Below, piece by piece: positions 26,626 through 35,745 of a stretch of DNA of 64,000 nucleotides; within the stretch, counting starts at the first letter, position 1, and each line of letters begins with the position of its first letter. Source of the stretch: Candidatus Acidiferrales bacterium (GTDB taxonomy: Bacteria > Acidobacteriota > Terriglobia > Bryobacterales > Bryobacteraceae); contig DATJYW010000041.1 of assembly GCA_035499435.1 (NCBI GenBank), positions 4,175 through 68,174 on the forward strand. Reading direction: 5' to 3'. The notes under the pieces are model-generated. The model was not told the DNA's origin. It saw nothing but the letters and a program-made list of their open reading frames with translations, and made no database searches. Both the position numbers and the translations under genes were made by a program.

Positions 26626-27882
26626 ATGCGCATTACCCTGATCTTCCTGGTCGTCGCGCTATTCGCTGCCGACGACGACTGGCCCAACTTTCGCGGACCC
26701 GATCACAACGGGGTGGCCCGTGGAGACGTGCCGCTCGAATTCAGCGCCACCATCAACCTGGCCTGGAAGACCCACATCCCCGGCCGCGGTCACTCTTCGC
26801 CGGTCGTCTGGGGCGACCGGATCTTCCTCACGACCGCAATTCCTACCGACGGTGGCGATGAATATGCTCCCCACCTGCGCAAAGAACATCGCTTCGTCGT
26901 CATGTGTCTGAACCGGAACACCGGCAAAGTGATCTGGGAACGCACGGCCCGGACCGCGACGCCGCCCGATGGCCACCAGGTCCCCTATGGCAGCTACGCA
27001 TCCAACATTCCCGTAACCGATGGCAAACGGCTGTACGCGTTTTGGGAATCGCGCGGCGTCTTCGTTTTCGACCTCGATGGCAATCTCCAGTGGCAAAAGG
27101 ATTTTCCCCAGATGCACAAGCGCGGCGAATTTGGAGAAGGCACACCCGCCATGCTGGACGGCGATACGCTATTCCTCAAATTCGACCAGGAGCAGAATTC
27201 TCACCTCATCGCGCTCGGCAAGAATTCGGGAAAGGAGCTTTGGCGCGTCGAGCGCGCCGAGCCCAGTTCGTGGTCGCCGCCGCTCATGATCGATTACAAC
27301 GGTAGGAAGCAACTGATCGTCGCGGGCACTCGCGTGAGGTCGTACGATCCGGCCACCGGCAAAGTTTTCTGGGAATGTGCCGGCTTGGGGCTCAATTCCA
27401 TTCCCGCGCCGGTATCCGCCAACGGCGTGGCCTACGTCATGACCGGTTTCCAGAATCCGAATATGCTTGCCATCCGCGTCGACCGCGAAGGCGATTTGAC
27501 CGGGACGGATGCCGTGCTTTGGTCCACAAACCGGGGCACCCCATACAATCCTTCGCCGGTGTTGCAGGACAACATCCTCTACTTCATTTCCGACACCGCC
27601 ATGCTCAGTGCCTTCAACGCCAGGACGGGCGAGGCCTACTATCGCCAGACGCGGCTCCCCGGCGCGTACAGCCTGAAATCTTCACTCGTAGCCGTGCACG
27701 GCAAGCTGTACGTGGCCACCGAACAGGGAGACGTCGTGGTGGTGAAAATGGGAGAGAAGTTCCAGGTGCTGGCCACCAACAGCCTGGGCGACGACATGTT
27801 CATCGCCACTCCCGCCGTAGCCGGCAACAGCCTGTACCTCCGCGGCAAAAACACGCTCTACTGCATCCGTCAGGCTCAGTGA
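26626..27882 (+). CDS. Secreted PQQ-like (BamB-type) beta-propeller repeat protein
   Basis: Signal peptide followed by DDDWPNFRGPDHNGVA...SSPVVWGDRIFLTTA and repeated propeller blades. Confidence 0.75.
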   Translation: MRITLIFLVVALFAADDDWPNFRGPDHNGVARGDVPLEFSATINLAWKTHIPGRGHSSPVVWGDRIFLTTAIPTDGGDEYAPHLRKEHRFVVMCLNRNTGKVIWERTARTATPPDGHQVPYGSYASNIPVTDGKRLYAFWESRGVFVFDLDGNLQWQKDFPQMHKRGEFGEGTPAMLDGDTLFLKFDQEQNSHLIALGKNSGKELWRVERAEPSSWSPPLMIDYNGRKQLIVAGTRVRSYDPATGKVFWECAGLGLNSIPAPVSANGVAYVMTGFQNPNMLAIRVDREGDLTGTDAVLWSTNRGTPYNPSPVLQDNILYFISDTAMLSAFNARTGEAYYRQTRLPGAYSLKSSLVAVHGKLYVATEQGDVVVVKMGEKFQVLATNSLGDDMFIATPAVAGNSLYLRGKNTLYCIRQAQ

Positions 27883-28041
27883 ATTTTTCGGTTGATCGGC
27901 ATAGGGGCGGCGGTCACCCGCCGACCCCTGCCACACCACCGTGCGTACGGGCCCGTACAGGCGGTTCGAGTCGGTTACGCACGACCCGGCACTATGCCTC
28001 TAGCGTCTCCCCAACCCCGGACCCAGCGGCGCAGCCGCCCC

Positions 28042-30054
28042 CTACCACACCCGGCAGGCGTTCTGGCTGACCATCGGCTGCCCCTGCTTGCACGAAAATG
28101 CCTGCTGGAACTCCGGCATATTCTGCAGCACGCCGTTAACGCGATATCGCCCCGGCGAATGCGGGTCCGTCATGGCGCGGTTGCGCCTCTCCTCGGGAGC
28201 GCTGTTCTCGCACCAGATCTGCCCGTAGCCCAGGAAGAATCGCTGCTCCGGCGTCAGCCCGTCCACCTTCTCCTGGTTGCTCTGCAGCGTGTCCTTCAGC
28301 GCCATCAGAGCGATGCGGATGCCGCCGTTGTCCGCGCTGTTCTCGCCCAGCGTCAGCCGTCCGTTCAGTTTCACGTCGTCCACCGCCGTAAAACCCGAAT
28401 ACTCGTTGGCGATGCACGCCGCGCGCTTCTCGAATTCCGCGCCGTCCGCCTTGGTCCACCAGTCGCGCAGGTTTCCGTCGCCGTCGAACTTGCGCCCCTG
28501 GTCGTCGAACCCGTGCGTCATCTCGTGCCCGATCACCGCGCCGATCCCGCCGTAATTGAACGCAACATCGCGCCGCGGATCGAAGAACGGCGGCTGCAGA
28601 ATGCCCGCCGGGAAATTGATACTGTTGCTTTGCGGGCTGTAGAACGCGTTGACCGTCGGCGTGGTCATGCTCCACTCGGTCTTGTCGGTCGGCTTGCCGA
28701 TCTTCTCGATCCGCTGCTCGTGCATGGCCTGTGCCGTGCGCAGCGAATTGCCCAGAAAGTCGTCGCGCGCGATCTCGACCTTACCGTAGTCGCGCCACTT
28801 CTTGGGTACGCCCACGTTGTTGGTGATTGCCTGCAGCTTGGCGATCGCCGCCTTCTTCGTCGTGTCCGTCATCCAGTCGAGCGAGCCGATGTCCTTGGCC
28901 ATCGCTTTTTCCAGCGCGTCCACGAGCTGCGTGATCTGCGCCTTCGCTTCGGCGCCGAACGCCAGGTCGATGTACTTCTGGCCCAGCAGATCGCCGAGCG
29001 TCCGGTCCACCGTCGCCACACAGCGCGCGCTGCGCGGCCGCTGCTCCTTCGCTCCGCTCAGGTAGCGCGTCCAGAAATCGAAATTCTCGTTCTCGAAGGA
29101 CTCGGGCAGCGCCGGCGCCAGCGCGTGCAGCAGGTGATAGCCGAAATAAGCCTTCCACGCCTCGATTTCATAGCCCTCCAGATCGATCGCAATCTTCTTC
29201 AGATAATCCGGCTGCGCCACGTTGAGCGTCTCGAACGCCGGCGCTCCAACCCCCTGAAAATATGCGTCCCACGGAAAATTGGGGGCCAGCCCGTCCAGCT
29301 CGGATTTCTTCATCACGTTGTAGATCTTGTTCGGATCGCGCATGCTGACGCGGTCCATCGAGTCCCTCGCCAGGACCGTCTCAAGGTCCAGCACCATCTG
29401 CGCGTGCGCCGGCGCCCCTTCCCCGGTGTCCCCCACCAGCAGGAACATCTTCTTGACGTGCTCCCGGAAGCGCTCGCGAATCTCGACGCTCTTCGGATCG
29501 CTCTTCAGATAATACTCGCGGTCGGGCAGCGAAAGCCCGCCCTGGTTCAGCGCCGCGATCGTGCGCGTCGAGTCCTTGGCGTCCGGCCGCGAGCCGAACA
29601 TAAACAGAACGCCGATGCCCAGCCGGTGCAGGTGGATGATTTCGGCGATTACATCCGTTTTGTTCGCCATCTCGACGATCCGCCCCACCTCCGGCCCGAT
29701 GGGATCGAGCCCTTTCCGATTGATGGTGGCCGTGTCCATGCAGGCCGCGTATGCATCGCCGACCTTGCGATCCAGCGCGCTGCGCGTCTCCACCGCCGCC
29801 GTGGCGCCCTGCAGAATATCCAGCAGGACTTTTTCGTTGTGGTCGCTCAGCGCGGTGAACCGCGCCCATCGGGAGCGGTCCCCGGGCAGCGGGTTGTTCT
29901 TGATCCAGCCTCCACACGCATATTGATAGAAGTCAACGCACGGGTCGGCGGCTTTGTCCATCGCGACGCTGTCCAGGCCGGATGCAGGCGCGGCCGGCCT
30001 TTGCGCGAACGCGGCAAAGGGCAGCATAACGAGAATAAAGGTTCTGAAACTCAT
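28042..30054 (-). CDS. M13 family zinc metallopeptidase (PepO/neprilysin-like)
   Basis: Signal peptide. Zinc motif VIGHEMTHGFDD and downstream GENSADNGG. N-terminus PCVDFYQYACGGWIKNNP is typical of M13. Confidence 0.9.
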   Translation of the reverse strand: MSFRTFILVMLPFAAFAQRPAAPASGLDSVAMDKAADPCVDFYQYACGGWIKNNPLPGDRSRWARFTALSDHNEKVLLDILQGATAAVETRSALDRKVGDAYAACMDTATINRKGLDPIGPEVGRIVEMANKTDVIAEIIHLHRLGIGVLFMFGSRPDAKDSTRTIAALNQGGLSLPDREYYLKSDPKSVEIRERFREHVKKMFLLVGDTGEGAPAHAQMVLDLETVLARDSMDRVSMRDPNKIYNVMKKSELDGLAPNFPWDAYFQGVGAPAFETLNVAQPDYLKKIAIDLEGYEIEAWKAYFGYHLLHALAPALPESFENENFDFWTRYLSGAKEQRPRSARCVATVDRTLGDLLGQKYIDLAFGAEAKAQITQLVDALEKAMAKDIGSLDWMTDTTKKAAIAKLQAITNNVGVPKKWRDYGKVEIARDDFLGNSLRTAQAMHEQRIEKIGKPTDKTEWSMTTPTVNAFYSPQSNSINFPAGILQPPFFDPRRDVAFNYGGIGAVIGHEMTHGFDDQGRKFDGDGNLRDWWTKADGAEFEKRAACIANEYSGFTAVDDVKLNGRLTLGENSADNGGIRIALMALKDTLQSNQEKVDGLTPEQRFFLGYGQIWCENSAPEERRNRAMTDPHSPGRYRVNGVLQNMPEFQQAFSCKQGQPMVSQNACRVW

Positions 30055-30108
30055 GCAATGCCCCGATTGTAGCGCGCGGCGGTCCCACTCACACTACACT
30101 GGAGTTTT

Positions 30109-32775
30109 ATGAAGCGGCTCACGATCTTTCTCCTCGCAGCCGTGCCCTGTTTCGCCCAGAAGCCCTTCGAATTCTGGCCCGGCGCCGCCTACGACCCGAA
30201 AGTCCCCACCATCCGCCAGGTCCTCGGCTACGACCCCGGCGAGAAGCTGACCGGCGCCGCGGGGCTCACCAGGTATATCGAGGCGCTCGCCGCCGCCGAG
30301 CCCGCCCGCATGAAGATTTTCGAGTACGGCGAATCGTGGGAAGGCCGCAAGCTCGTCTACGCCGCCATCGGCTCCGAGCCCAACATCCGCAGGCTCGGCG
30401 AAATCAAAAGCACCATGCAGCGCTTCGCCGACCCGCGCAAGACCTCCGAATCCGAAGCGCGCAGCCTGATGGCGGGCCTGCCGGCCGCCGTCTGGCTCTC
30501 CTACGGAGTCCACGGCAACGAGATTTCGTCCTGCGACGCCGCCCTCCTCACCGCCTACCACCTCCTCGCCGCGCGCAACGACAAGCTCGTGGACGACATC
30601 TTCTCCAAGGTCCTCGTCCTGATCGACCCCACCCAAAACCCCGACGGCCGCGACCGCTTCGTCAACTACTTCGACCAGACCCGCGGCCTCGTGCCAGACT
30701 CCAGCCCGCTCGCCGCCGAGCGCAACGAACCCTGGCCCGGCGGCCGCGTCAATCACTACCTCTTCGATCTCAACCGCGACTGGATCGCGCTCACCCAGCC
30801 CGAAGTCGCCGCCGAGGTGAAAGCCCTCCGCGAATGGCTGCCGCTGGTCTATGTGGACCTGCACGAGATGAGCGGCGACAGCACCTACTTCTTCACACCC
30901 GAAGCCGACCCCTACAATCCGCACCTCACCGCCACCCAGCGTCAAAGCCTCAACCTGTTCGGCAAGAACAACGCGAAATGGTTCGACAAGTACGGTTTCG
31001 ATTACTTCACGCGCGAAGAGTACGACGCCTTCTATCCCGGCTATGGCGCAAGCTGGCCGCTCTACTACGGCGCCCTCGCCATGACCTACGAACAGGCATC
31101 GGTGCGCGGCCTCGTGGTGCGCCGCTCCGACGATACGCTGCTCACCTACCGCGATACGGTGCGGCATCACTTCGTGGCCTCCATCTCCACCCTGGAAACC
31201 GCCGCCGCCAATCGCGAGAAGCTGCTCACCGACTTCTACCGCTACCGCGCCAGCGCCGTCGAGGAGGGCCGCAAGGAAGCCGTCAAGGCGTTCCTGCTGC
31301 CGCGCGGCCGCGACGCTTCGGGCACCGACAAGCTGGCCGGCATCCTCATGGAGCACGGCATCGAGGTGAGTCGCGCCAAAGCGCCCTTCCGCACCGGCGA
31401 CAAAGAGTACGCCCCCGGCACCTACGTGGTCTCGCTGGCGCAGCCCGCCAAGCGCTTCATCCGCACGCTGCTCGATCCTCAGGTGCCCATGGACGACAAG
31501 TTCGTCGCCGCCGAAGAGGCTCGCCGCAGGCTCAAACAGCGCACCGAAATCTACGACGTCACCGCCTGGTCGCTGCCCCTCCTGTTCAACGTGGAAGCTA
31601 TTGCCGGCGACACCGTCCCTGAAGGCGTCCTGGAACCCGCCGCACCCACGCGCATCCTGCCGGGCGAAGTGCACGGCGGACAGGCAAGCGTGGCCTACCT
31701 GGTCCCCTGGGGAAGCCAGGCGGCGGGACGCCTGCTCGCAGCGGCCCTGCGCCAGGACCTCAAAGTCAGCTCCATCGACAAGCCGTTCACCCAGGACGGC
31801 GTGAAGTTCCCCGAAGGCAGCCTGATTCTCAAGATCGCGGCCAACCCGCCCGACCTCGCGGCTCGCATGGCCCGATTGGCGCACGATACCGGCGCGCACA
31901 TCTACGCGGCCAATTCCGGCTGGGTCGACGATGGCGTCAACTTCGGCAGCCGCTGGGTCGTGACGCTGAAAAAGCCGGCCATCGCCCTCGCCTGGGACAT
32001 CCCCACCCAATCCGCTTCCGCCGGCGCCACCCGCTTCGTCCTCGAACGGCAGTACGGCTATCCGGTCACGCCGGTTCGTGCGTCCCAGCTCGCTACCGGC
32101 GACCTCTCGAAGTTTCAGGTGCTCGTCTTGCCCTCGGGCGGCAACTACGTCGCCGCCCTCGGTGAGAACGGCATCGACCACATCAAGGATTGGGTCAACG
32201 CCGGCGGCACCATCGTCGCGCTGGGCGAAGCCGTGGGTTTCCTCGCCAACAAGGACGTCGCTCTGCTCGATATCGCCCAGGAGAACGCCCTCCGCGAAGG
32301 AGACGACAAAGACGACAAGAAAGACAAAGCCGACGAAGATACCGGGCGCGTCCCCGGCACCACCATCGCCAACGAATCTGACTTCGAAAAGGCGACAAAG
32401 GCAAACAGCGAGTTGCCTGACGTCGCCCCCGGCGCAATCGTCCGCGCGCGGGTGCGCCCCGATTACTGGCTGACCGCCGGCGCGGGCGAGATCGTCTACG
32501 CCATGGCCGAAGGCCGCGCCATCTTCACTCCCATCAAGTCCGACAAGGGCGTCAACGCGGTGTACTTCGATGCGGCCGACAAGCTGGTGGCCAGCGGCCA
32601 CCTGTGGGCCGAGAACCGCAAGCAGATGGCCTTCAAGCCGCTGGTGATTTCAGCCGCTTCGGGCCGCGGCATCGTCGTAGCCTTCACCGAGGACCCGAAT
32701 TTCCGCGCCTTCAACGACGGCATGAACGTGCTGTTCCTGAACGCCGTCTTTCGCGGCCCCGCCCATGCCCGGTAA
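30109..32775 (+). CDS. M14 family zinc carboxypeptidase with large C-terminal extension
   Basis: Signal peptide. HxxE zinc motif in SYGVHGNEISS, plus LIDPTQNPDGRD and DLHEM. The C-terminal roughly 400 aa carries an acidic stretch REGDDKDDKKDKADED. Confidence 0.8.
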   Translation: MKRLTIFLLAAVPCFAQKPFEFWPGAAYDPKVPTIRQVLGYDPGEKLTGAAGLTRYIEALAAAEPARMKIFEYGESWEGRKLVYAAIGSEPNIRRLGEIKSTMQRFADPRKTSESEARSLMAGLPAAVWLSYGVHGNEISSCDAALLTAYHLLAARNDKLVDDIFSKVLVLIDPTQNPDGRDRFVNYFDQTRGLVPDSSPLAAERNEPWPGGRVNHYLFDLNRDWIALTQPEVAAEVKALREWLPLVYVDLHEMSGDSTYFFTPEADPYNPHLTATQRQSLNLFGKNNAKWFDKYGFDYFTREEYDAFYPGYGASWPLYYGALAMTYEQASVRGLVVRRSDDTLLTYRDTVRHHFVASISTLETAAANREKLLTDFYRYRASAVEEGRKEAVKAFLLPRGRDASGTDKLAGILMEHGIEVSRAKAPFRTGDKEYAPGTYVVSLAQPAKRFIRTLLDPQVPMDDKFVAAEEARRRLKQRTEIYDVTAWSLPLLFNVEAIAGDTVPEGVLEPAAPTRILPGEVHGGQASVAYLVPWGSQAAGRLLAAALRQDLKVSSIDKPFTQDGVKFPEGSLILKIAANPPDLAARMARLAHDTGAHIYAANSGWVDDGVNFGSRWVVTLKKPAIALAWDIPTQSASAGATRFVLERQYGYPVTPVRASQLATGDLSKFQVLVLPSGGNYVAALGENGIDHIKDWVNAGGTIVALGEAVGFLANKDVALLDIAQENALREGDDKDDKKDKADEDTGRVPGTTIANESDFEKATKANSELPDVAPGAIVRARVRPDYWLTAGAGEIVYAMAEGRAIFTPIKSDKGVNAVYFDAADKLVASGHLWAENRKQMAFKPLVISAASGRGIVVAFTEDPNFRAFNDGMNVLFLNAVFRGPAHAR

Positions 32776-32802
32776 CGTTGGGCAGGTTTCCCACCTGCCC
32801 AG

Positions 32803-34758
32803 CTACCTCACCTCAGGCCGGATCTCCACCGCCTTCGTCGCCCAATCCACCGTCACCGTCGTGCCGTCCGCGAACGTCGTCCGCTCCCGCCGCCGTTCTT
32901 TGTCCAGGAATTCATGATTGGTCATCTCCACCAGCGCCAGCCGCTTGTGCAGCGCCGCCATGCGCCGTACCTGGTCGAGCCCCGCCGCGTTCCCCCGCCA
33001 CTCCGGCGCGCTCGCATGAAGGAACCCTCGCGGGTCGGACGCCGAATAAGTAGTCACCACCGCGTCGTGATAGACCAACTCATACAGCGGCACCTGGATG
33101 GCGTCCTCGTGGTCCGGATCTGTGCCCGTGCTCGGCGACCGGTTCATGCGCGACGTCAGGTAGTCGGCGTAGGGAATCACCCAGTCCGAGCCGTCTTCCG
33201 TGCCTGCGATGCCCAGGTTGTTTTTCACCCATCGCATCACCGCGGCGCGGGCGTTCATCGAATCGGTCCGCGTGTTGGGGTGCTCCGGGTTGAAGTCCTC
33301 GTCCGGCGGAATGTAGCCGAACACGTCCTGGTAGCTGCCCTGGGGATGAATACCGTGCGCGAACAGCGCGCCATAGTTCTTCACCACGTGGCCCAACATG
33401 AAGCTGTTGTTGAGATATCCCTGCACCCCGCCGTCCCAGTGGTCCATCAGCGGAATGGAGCCGTCCTTCCAGTCGTTCTTGAATCGCGTGCCGGGGAACG
33501 CCGTCGGCGGGCGCGTTGCGTCCTCCTCGTGTACCGCGAAGTCCGGATTCCACGATGGCGCGTCCTGGTAATAGTCGCGATACTGGTCGTGCAGCCAGCA
33601 GGTGTAGCCAAGTTCCTTGCAGGTGTCGAAGAACAGCTTCATACCGGACCATCCGCCGGCGGCTTCCGCGGGCGGCAGCGCGTCCGGCGTCTGCCGGTCG
33701 TAGCCCTGATTCAGCCAGCCGGAGAGGCTTACGTTGAGATGCTCCCAGCCCTGCTTCTTCAGCTCGCGCAGGCGCGCCGCGTTCTCGGCAAACGTAACCA
33801 GCCGGTAATTGTTGGCCGGATTCTTCGTGTCGTAGCTGGCCGAGCCCGGCTTGAGATTGCGCAGCACCCGCATGCCCATCACCGGACTTCCCACCAGGTT
33901 CTGCACCACCGCGTTGTGCGCGATCTTGTCCTTCAGCGAAACGTACAGCCCCGAGTCCATCGCGTACCGCCGGTATCGCTTGGCCATCGCGACGTAGCCG
34001 CCGTCCGGCAGGAACACCATCCGCAGCCGCCGCGTGTAGCCAAATCGTCCGAGCTGCGCCCTCCAGCTCGGACCCATCTTCGTCGGACCGCCCGCCGGAT
34101 GATCGAACGTGTACGCCGCGTCGTCCGGCGTCTCCACGATCGCCATCATGCCGGCGCCGCCCTTCAAAAATCCCCACCACGACATGGCCCATGTCTCGAT
34201 CAGGTGGCTCTGGATCACGCTGTGATCGCCCGCCGCGCGATGAATGGGATGGTAGAGCTTGGGCCAGTCGCGCGGCAGCAGGGTGCCGTCGTCGCTCGGG
34301 ATCAGCGTGTAGTCCACCTCTCGGCCGTCGGGTTCCTTCGGCCAGTTCAGCTCGCGCAGAGTGGCCCCGCGCTCGATTGCAGTAGCTTCGGCCGCCAGAT
34401 CGTCGTCCTCCCCTTCGAGGCAAAGCGTCAACACCAGCCGCAGGTCGGCGCCGCGAAACCGGTCGAGCGTGAGCTTGACTCCGCTCTTGTATCCGGTCTG
34501 GTACGGCGTGATCCTGACCTCTCCCGCATCGGCGAGTCGTGCTCGGAGCTCCTCTCCCCCGGCTCGCACCAGCATGTCCTCCGCCGCCGAAGGCTGCATG
34601 TTCCATACAACCGTTCCCGCCTGCACGCGCACCGCGAGAGTCGTTTCGTCGAGCTCCACTACGTTCTTGTGTCCCGCGATGGTCCACTTCCCGCCGGAAT
34701 GCGACACTTGCGCCGGGCAGATCGCCGCCATCAGGATCAGTCCCGCTATCTTCCGCAT
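32803..34758 (-). CDS. Secreted putative glycoside hydrolase (TIM-barrel-like, DUF5696-like); function uncertain
   Basis: Start set at ATG 34758 (MRKIAGLILMAAICPAQV signal). The family assignment rests only on my recollection of blocks such as LNVSLSGWLNQGYDRQTPD, CWLHDQYRDYY and GIAGTEDGSDWVIPY. Confidence 0.45.
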   Translation of the reverse strand: MRKIAGLILMAAICPAQVSHSGGKWTIAGHKNVVELDETTLAVRVQAGTVVWNMQPSAAEDMLVRAGGEELRARLADAGEVRITPYQTGYKSGVKLTLDRFRGADLRLVLTLCLEGEDDDLAAEATAIERGATLRELNWPKEPDGREVDYTLIPSDDGTLLPRDWPKLYHPIHRAAGDHSVIQSHLIETWAMSWWGFLKGGAGMMAIVETPDDAAYTFDHPAGGPTKMGPSWRAQLGRFGYTRRLRMVFLPDGGYVAMAKRYRRYAMDSGLYVSLKDKIAHNAVVQNLVGSPVMGMRVLRNLKPGSASYDTKNPANNYRLVTFAENAARLRELKKQGWEHLNVSLSGWLNQGYDRQTPDALPPAEAAGGWSGMKLFFDTCKELGYTCWLHDQYRDYYQDAPSWNPDFAVHEEDATRPPTAFPGTRFKNDWKDGSIPLMDHWDGGVQGYLNNSFMLGHVVKNYGALFAHGIHPQGSYQDVFGYIPPDEDFNPEHPNTRTDSMNARAAVMRWVKNNLGIAGTEDGSDWVIPYADYLTSRMNRSPSTGTDPDHEDAIQVPLYELVYHDAVVTTYSASDPRGFLHASAPEWRGNAAGLDQVRRMAALHKRLALVEMTNHEFLDKERRRERTTFADGTTVTVDWATKAVEIRPEVR

Positions 34759-34803
34759 AAAGACCTCTTCTTTATCGCTAACGGTCAGCGGTATTATAAG
34801 CCC

Positions 34804-35730
34804 ATGAAACCCCTCTGCGCACTCGTCTTTTTCGCCGCCGGGCTCGCCGCCCAGGACACGCCGCTCCCCGGACGCGGACTCTCCCAGCATCCCTTCCTCT
34901 ACTGCGGCGAGTGGCAGGATCGCGGCCACTCCGATCAGTTCATGTACATCATCCGCGGCGGCAAGGTCGCATGGAGCTACTCCATCCCCGGCCGCGAAGA
35001 GTTGGGCGACTGCACCCAACTCGCCAACGGCAATATCCTCTTCTCGCGCCGCTTCGGAGCCAGCGAGATCACACCCGACAAGAAGATCGTCTGGAACTAC
35101 GATGCCCCGCCCGAGACCGAGATCCACACTACCTGGCCCATCGGCGACGGCCGCGTCCTCGTGATGCAGAACGGCGACCCCGCCAAACTGCTCATCTTCC
35201 GCAAGCCCTCTGGCACGCCCGAGAAAGAGCTGGTGCTCGCCACCAAAAACCCCAAGAGCATCCACGGCCAGTTCCGCCACATCCGCATGACCGCCGGCGG
35301 CAACTTCCTCGTGGCCCACCTCGACCTCGGCAAGGTCGTGGAATACACGCCCGAAGGCCGCGAGGTCTGGAACGTGCCCGCGCCCTCCGCCTGGGCTGCC
35401 GTGCGGCTGAAAAACGGCAATACCCTGATCAGCGGCAACCAGCACGGCTACGTGCGCGAGGTGAATCCCAAGGGCGAGACCGTCTGGGAGATCAACAAAG
35501 ACGACCTCCCCGGCATCACGCTCTACACCGTCCAGGAAGTCTCGCGCCTCGCCAACGGCAACACACTTATCAACAACTGGGTCGGCAGCGTGCCGCAGGC
35601 CGATTGGCCCAAAGTCGTCCAGCTCATCGAAGTGACGCCGGACAAGAAAGTGGTCTGGGCACTGCGCGACTGGACGATCCTCGGCCCCGCCTCCAGCACG
35701 CAGTTGCTCGACCAGGCAAGCGAGCGCTGA
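34804..35730 (+). CDS. Secreted beta-propeller protein (PQQ/ASST-like repeats), hypothetical
   Basis: ATG 34804 (MKPLCALVFFAAGLAAQ signal), which is the last 308 codons of track ORF 32914..35730. Recurring LANGNILF / LKNGNTLISGN / LANGNTLINN blade motifs. Confidence 0.55.
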   Translation: MKPLCALVFFAAGLAAQDTPLPGRGLSQHPFLYCGEWQDRGHSDQFMYIIRGGKVAWSYSIPGREELGDCTQLANGNILFSRRFGASEITPDKKIVWNYDAPPETEIHTTWPIGDGRVLVMQNGDPAKLLIFRKPSGTPEKELVLATKNPKSIHGQFRHIRMTAGGNFLVAHLDLGKVVEYTPEGREVWNVPAPSAWAAVRLKNGNTLISGNQHGYVREVNPKGETVWEINKDDLPGITLYTVQEVSRLANGNTLINNWVGSVPQADWPKVVQLIEVTPDKKVVWALRDWTILGPASSTQLLDQASER

Positions 35731-35745
35731 TTGGAACAGGCTGAC

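Noticed and set aside
27883-28041. tRNA-like T-loop string (ggttcgagtc at 27962..27971) in the PQQ/M13 convergent gap
   Set aside because: I could not build an acceptor stem, anticodon arm or D arm around it. The region instead contains simple hairpins (ggggcggcgg...ccgccgacccc, and the palindrome gtacgggcccgtac) consistent with terminators.
27892-30072. 726-aa plus-strand ORF
   Set aside because: It lies antisense to the M13 metallopeptidase, which carries an intact HEMTH motif. It is Arg/Leu/Val/Pro-rich with no motifs.
30094-32601. 835-aa minus-strand ORF
   Set aside because: It lies antisense to the M14 carboxypeptidase gene and has a Gly/Ala/Asp/Val-rich shadow composition.
32914-34803. 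N-terminal 630 codons of the 938-aa plus-strand ORF
   Set aside because: It lies antisense to the putative glycoside hydrolase and is Arg/His/Val-rich. A signal peptide (MKPLCALVFFAAGLAAQ) appears only at ATG 34804.
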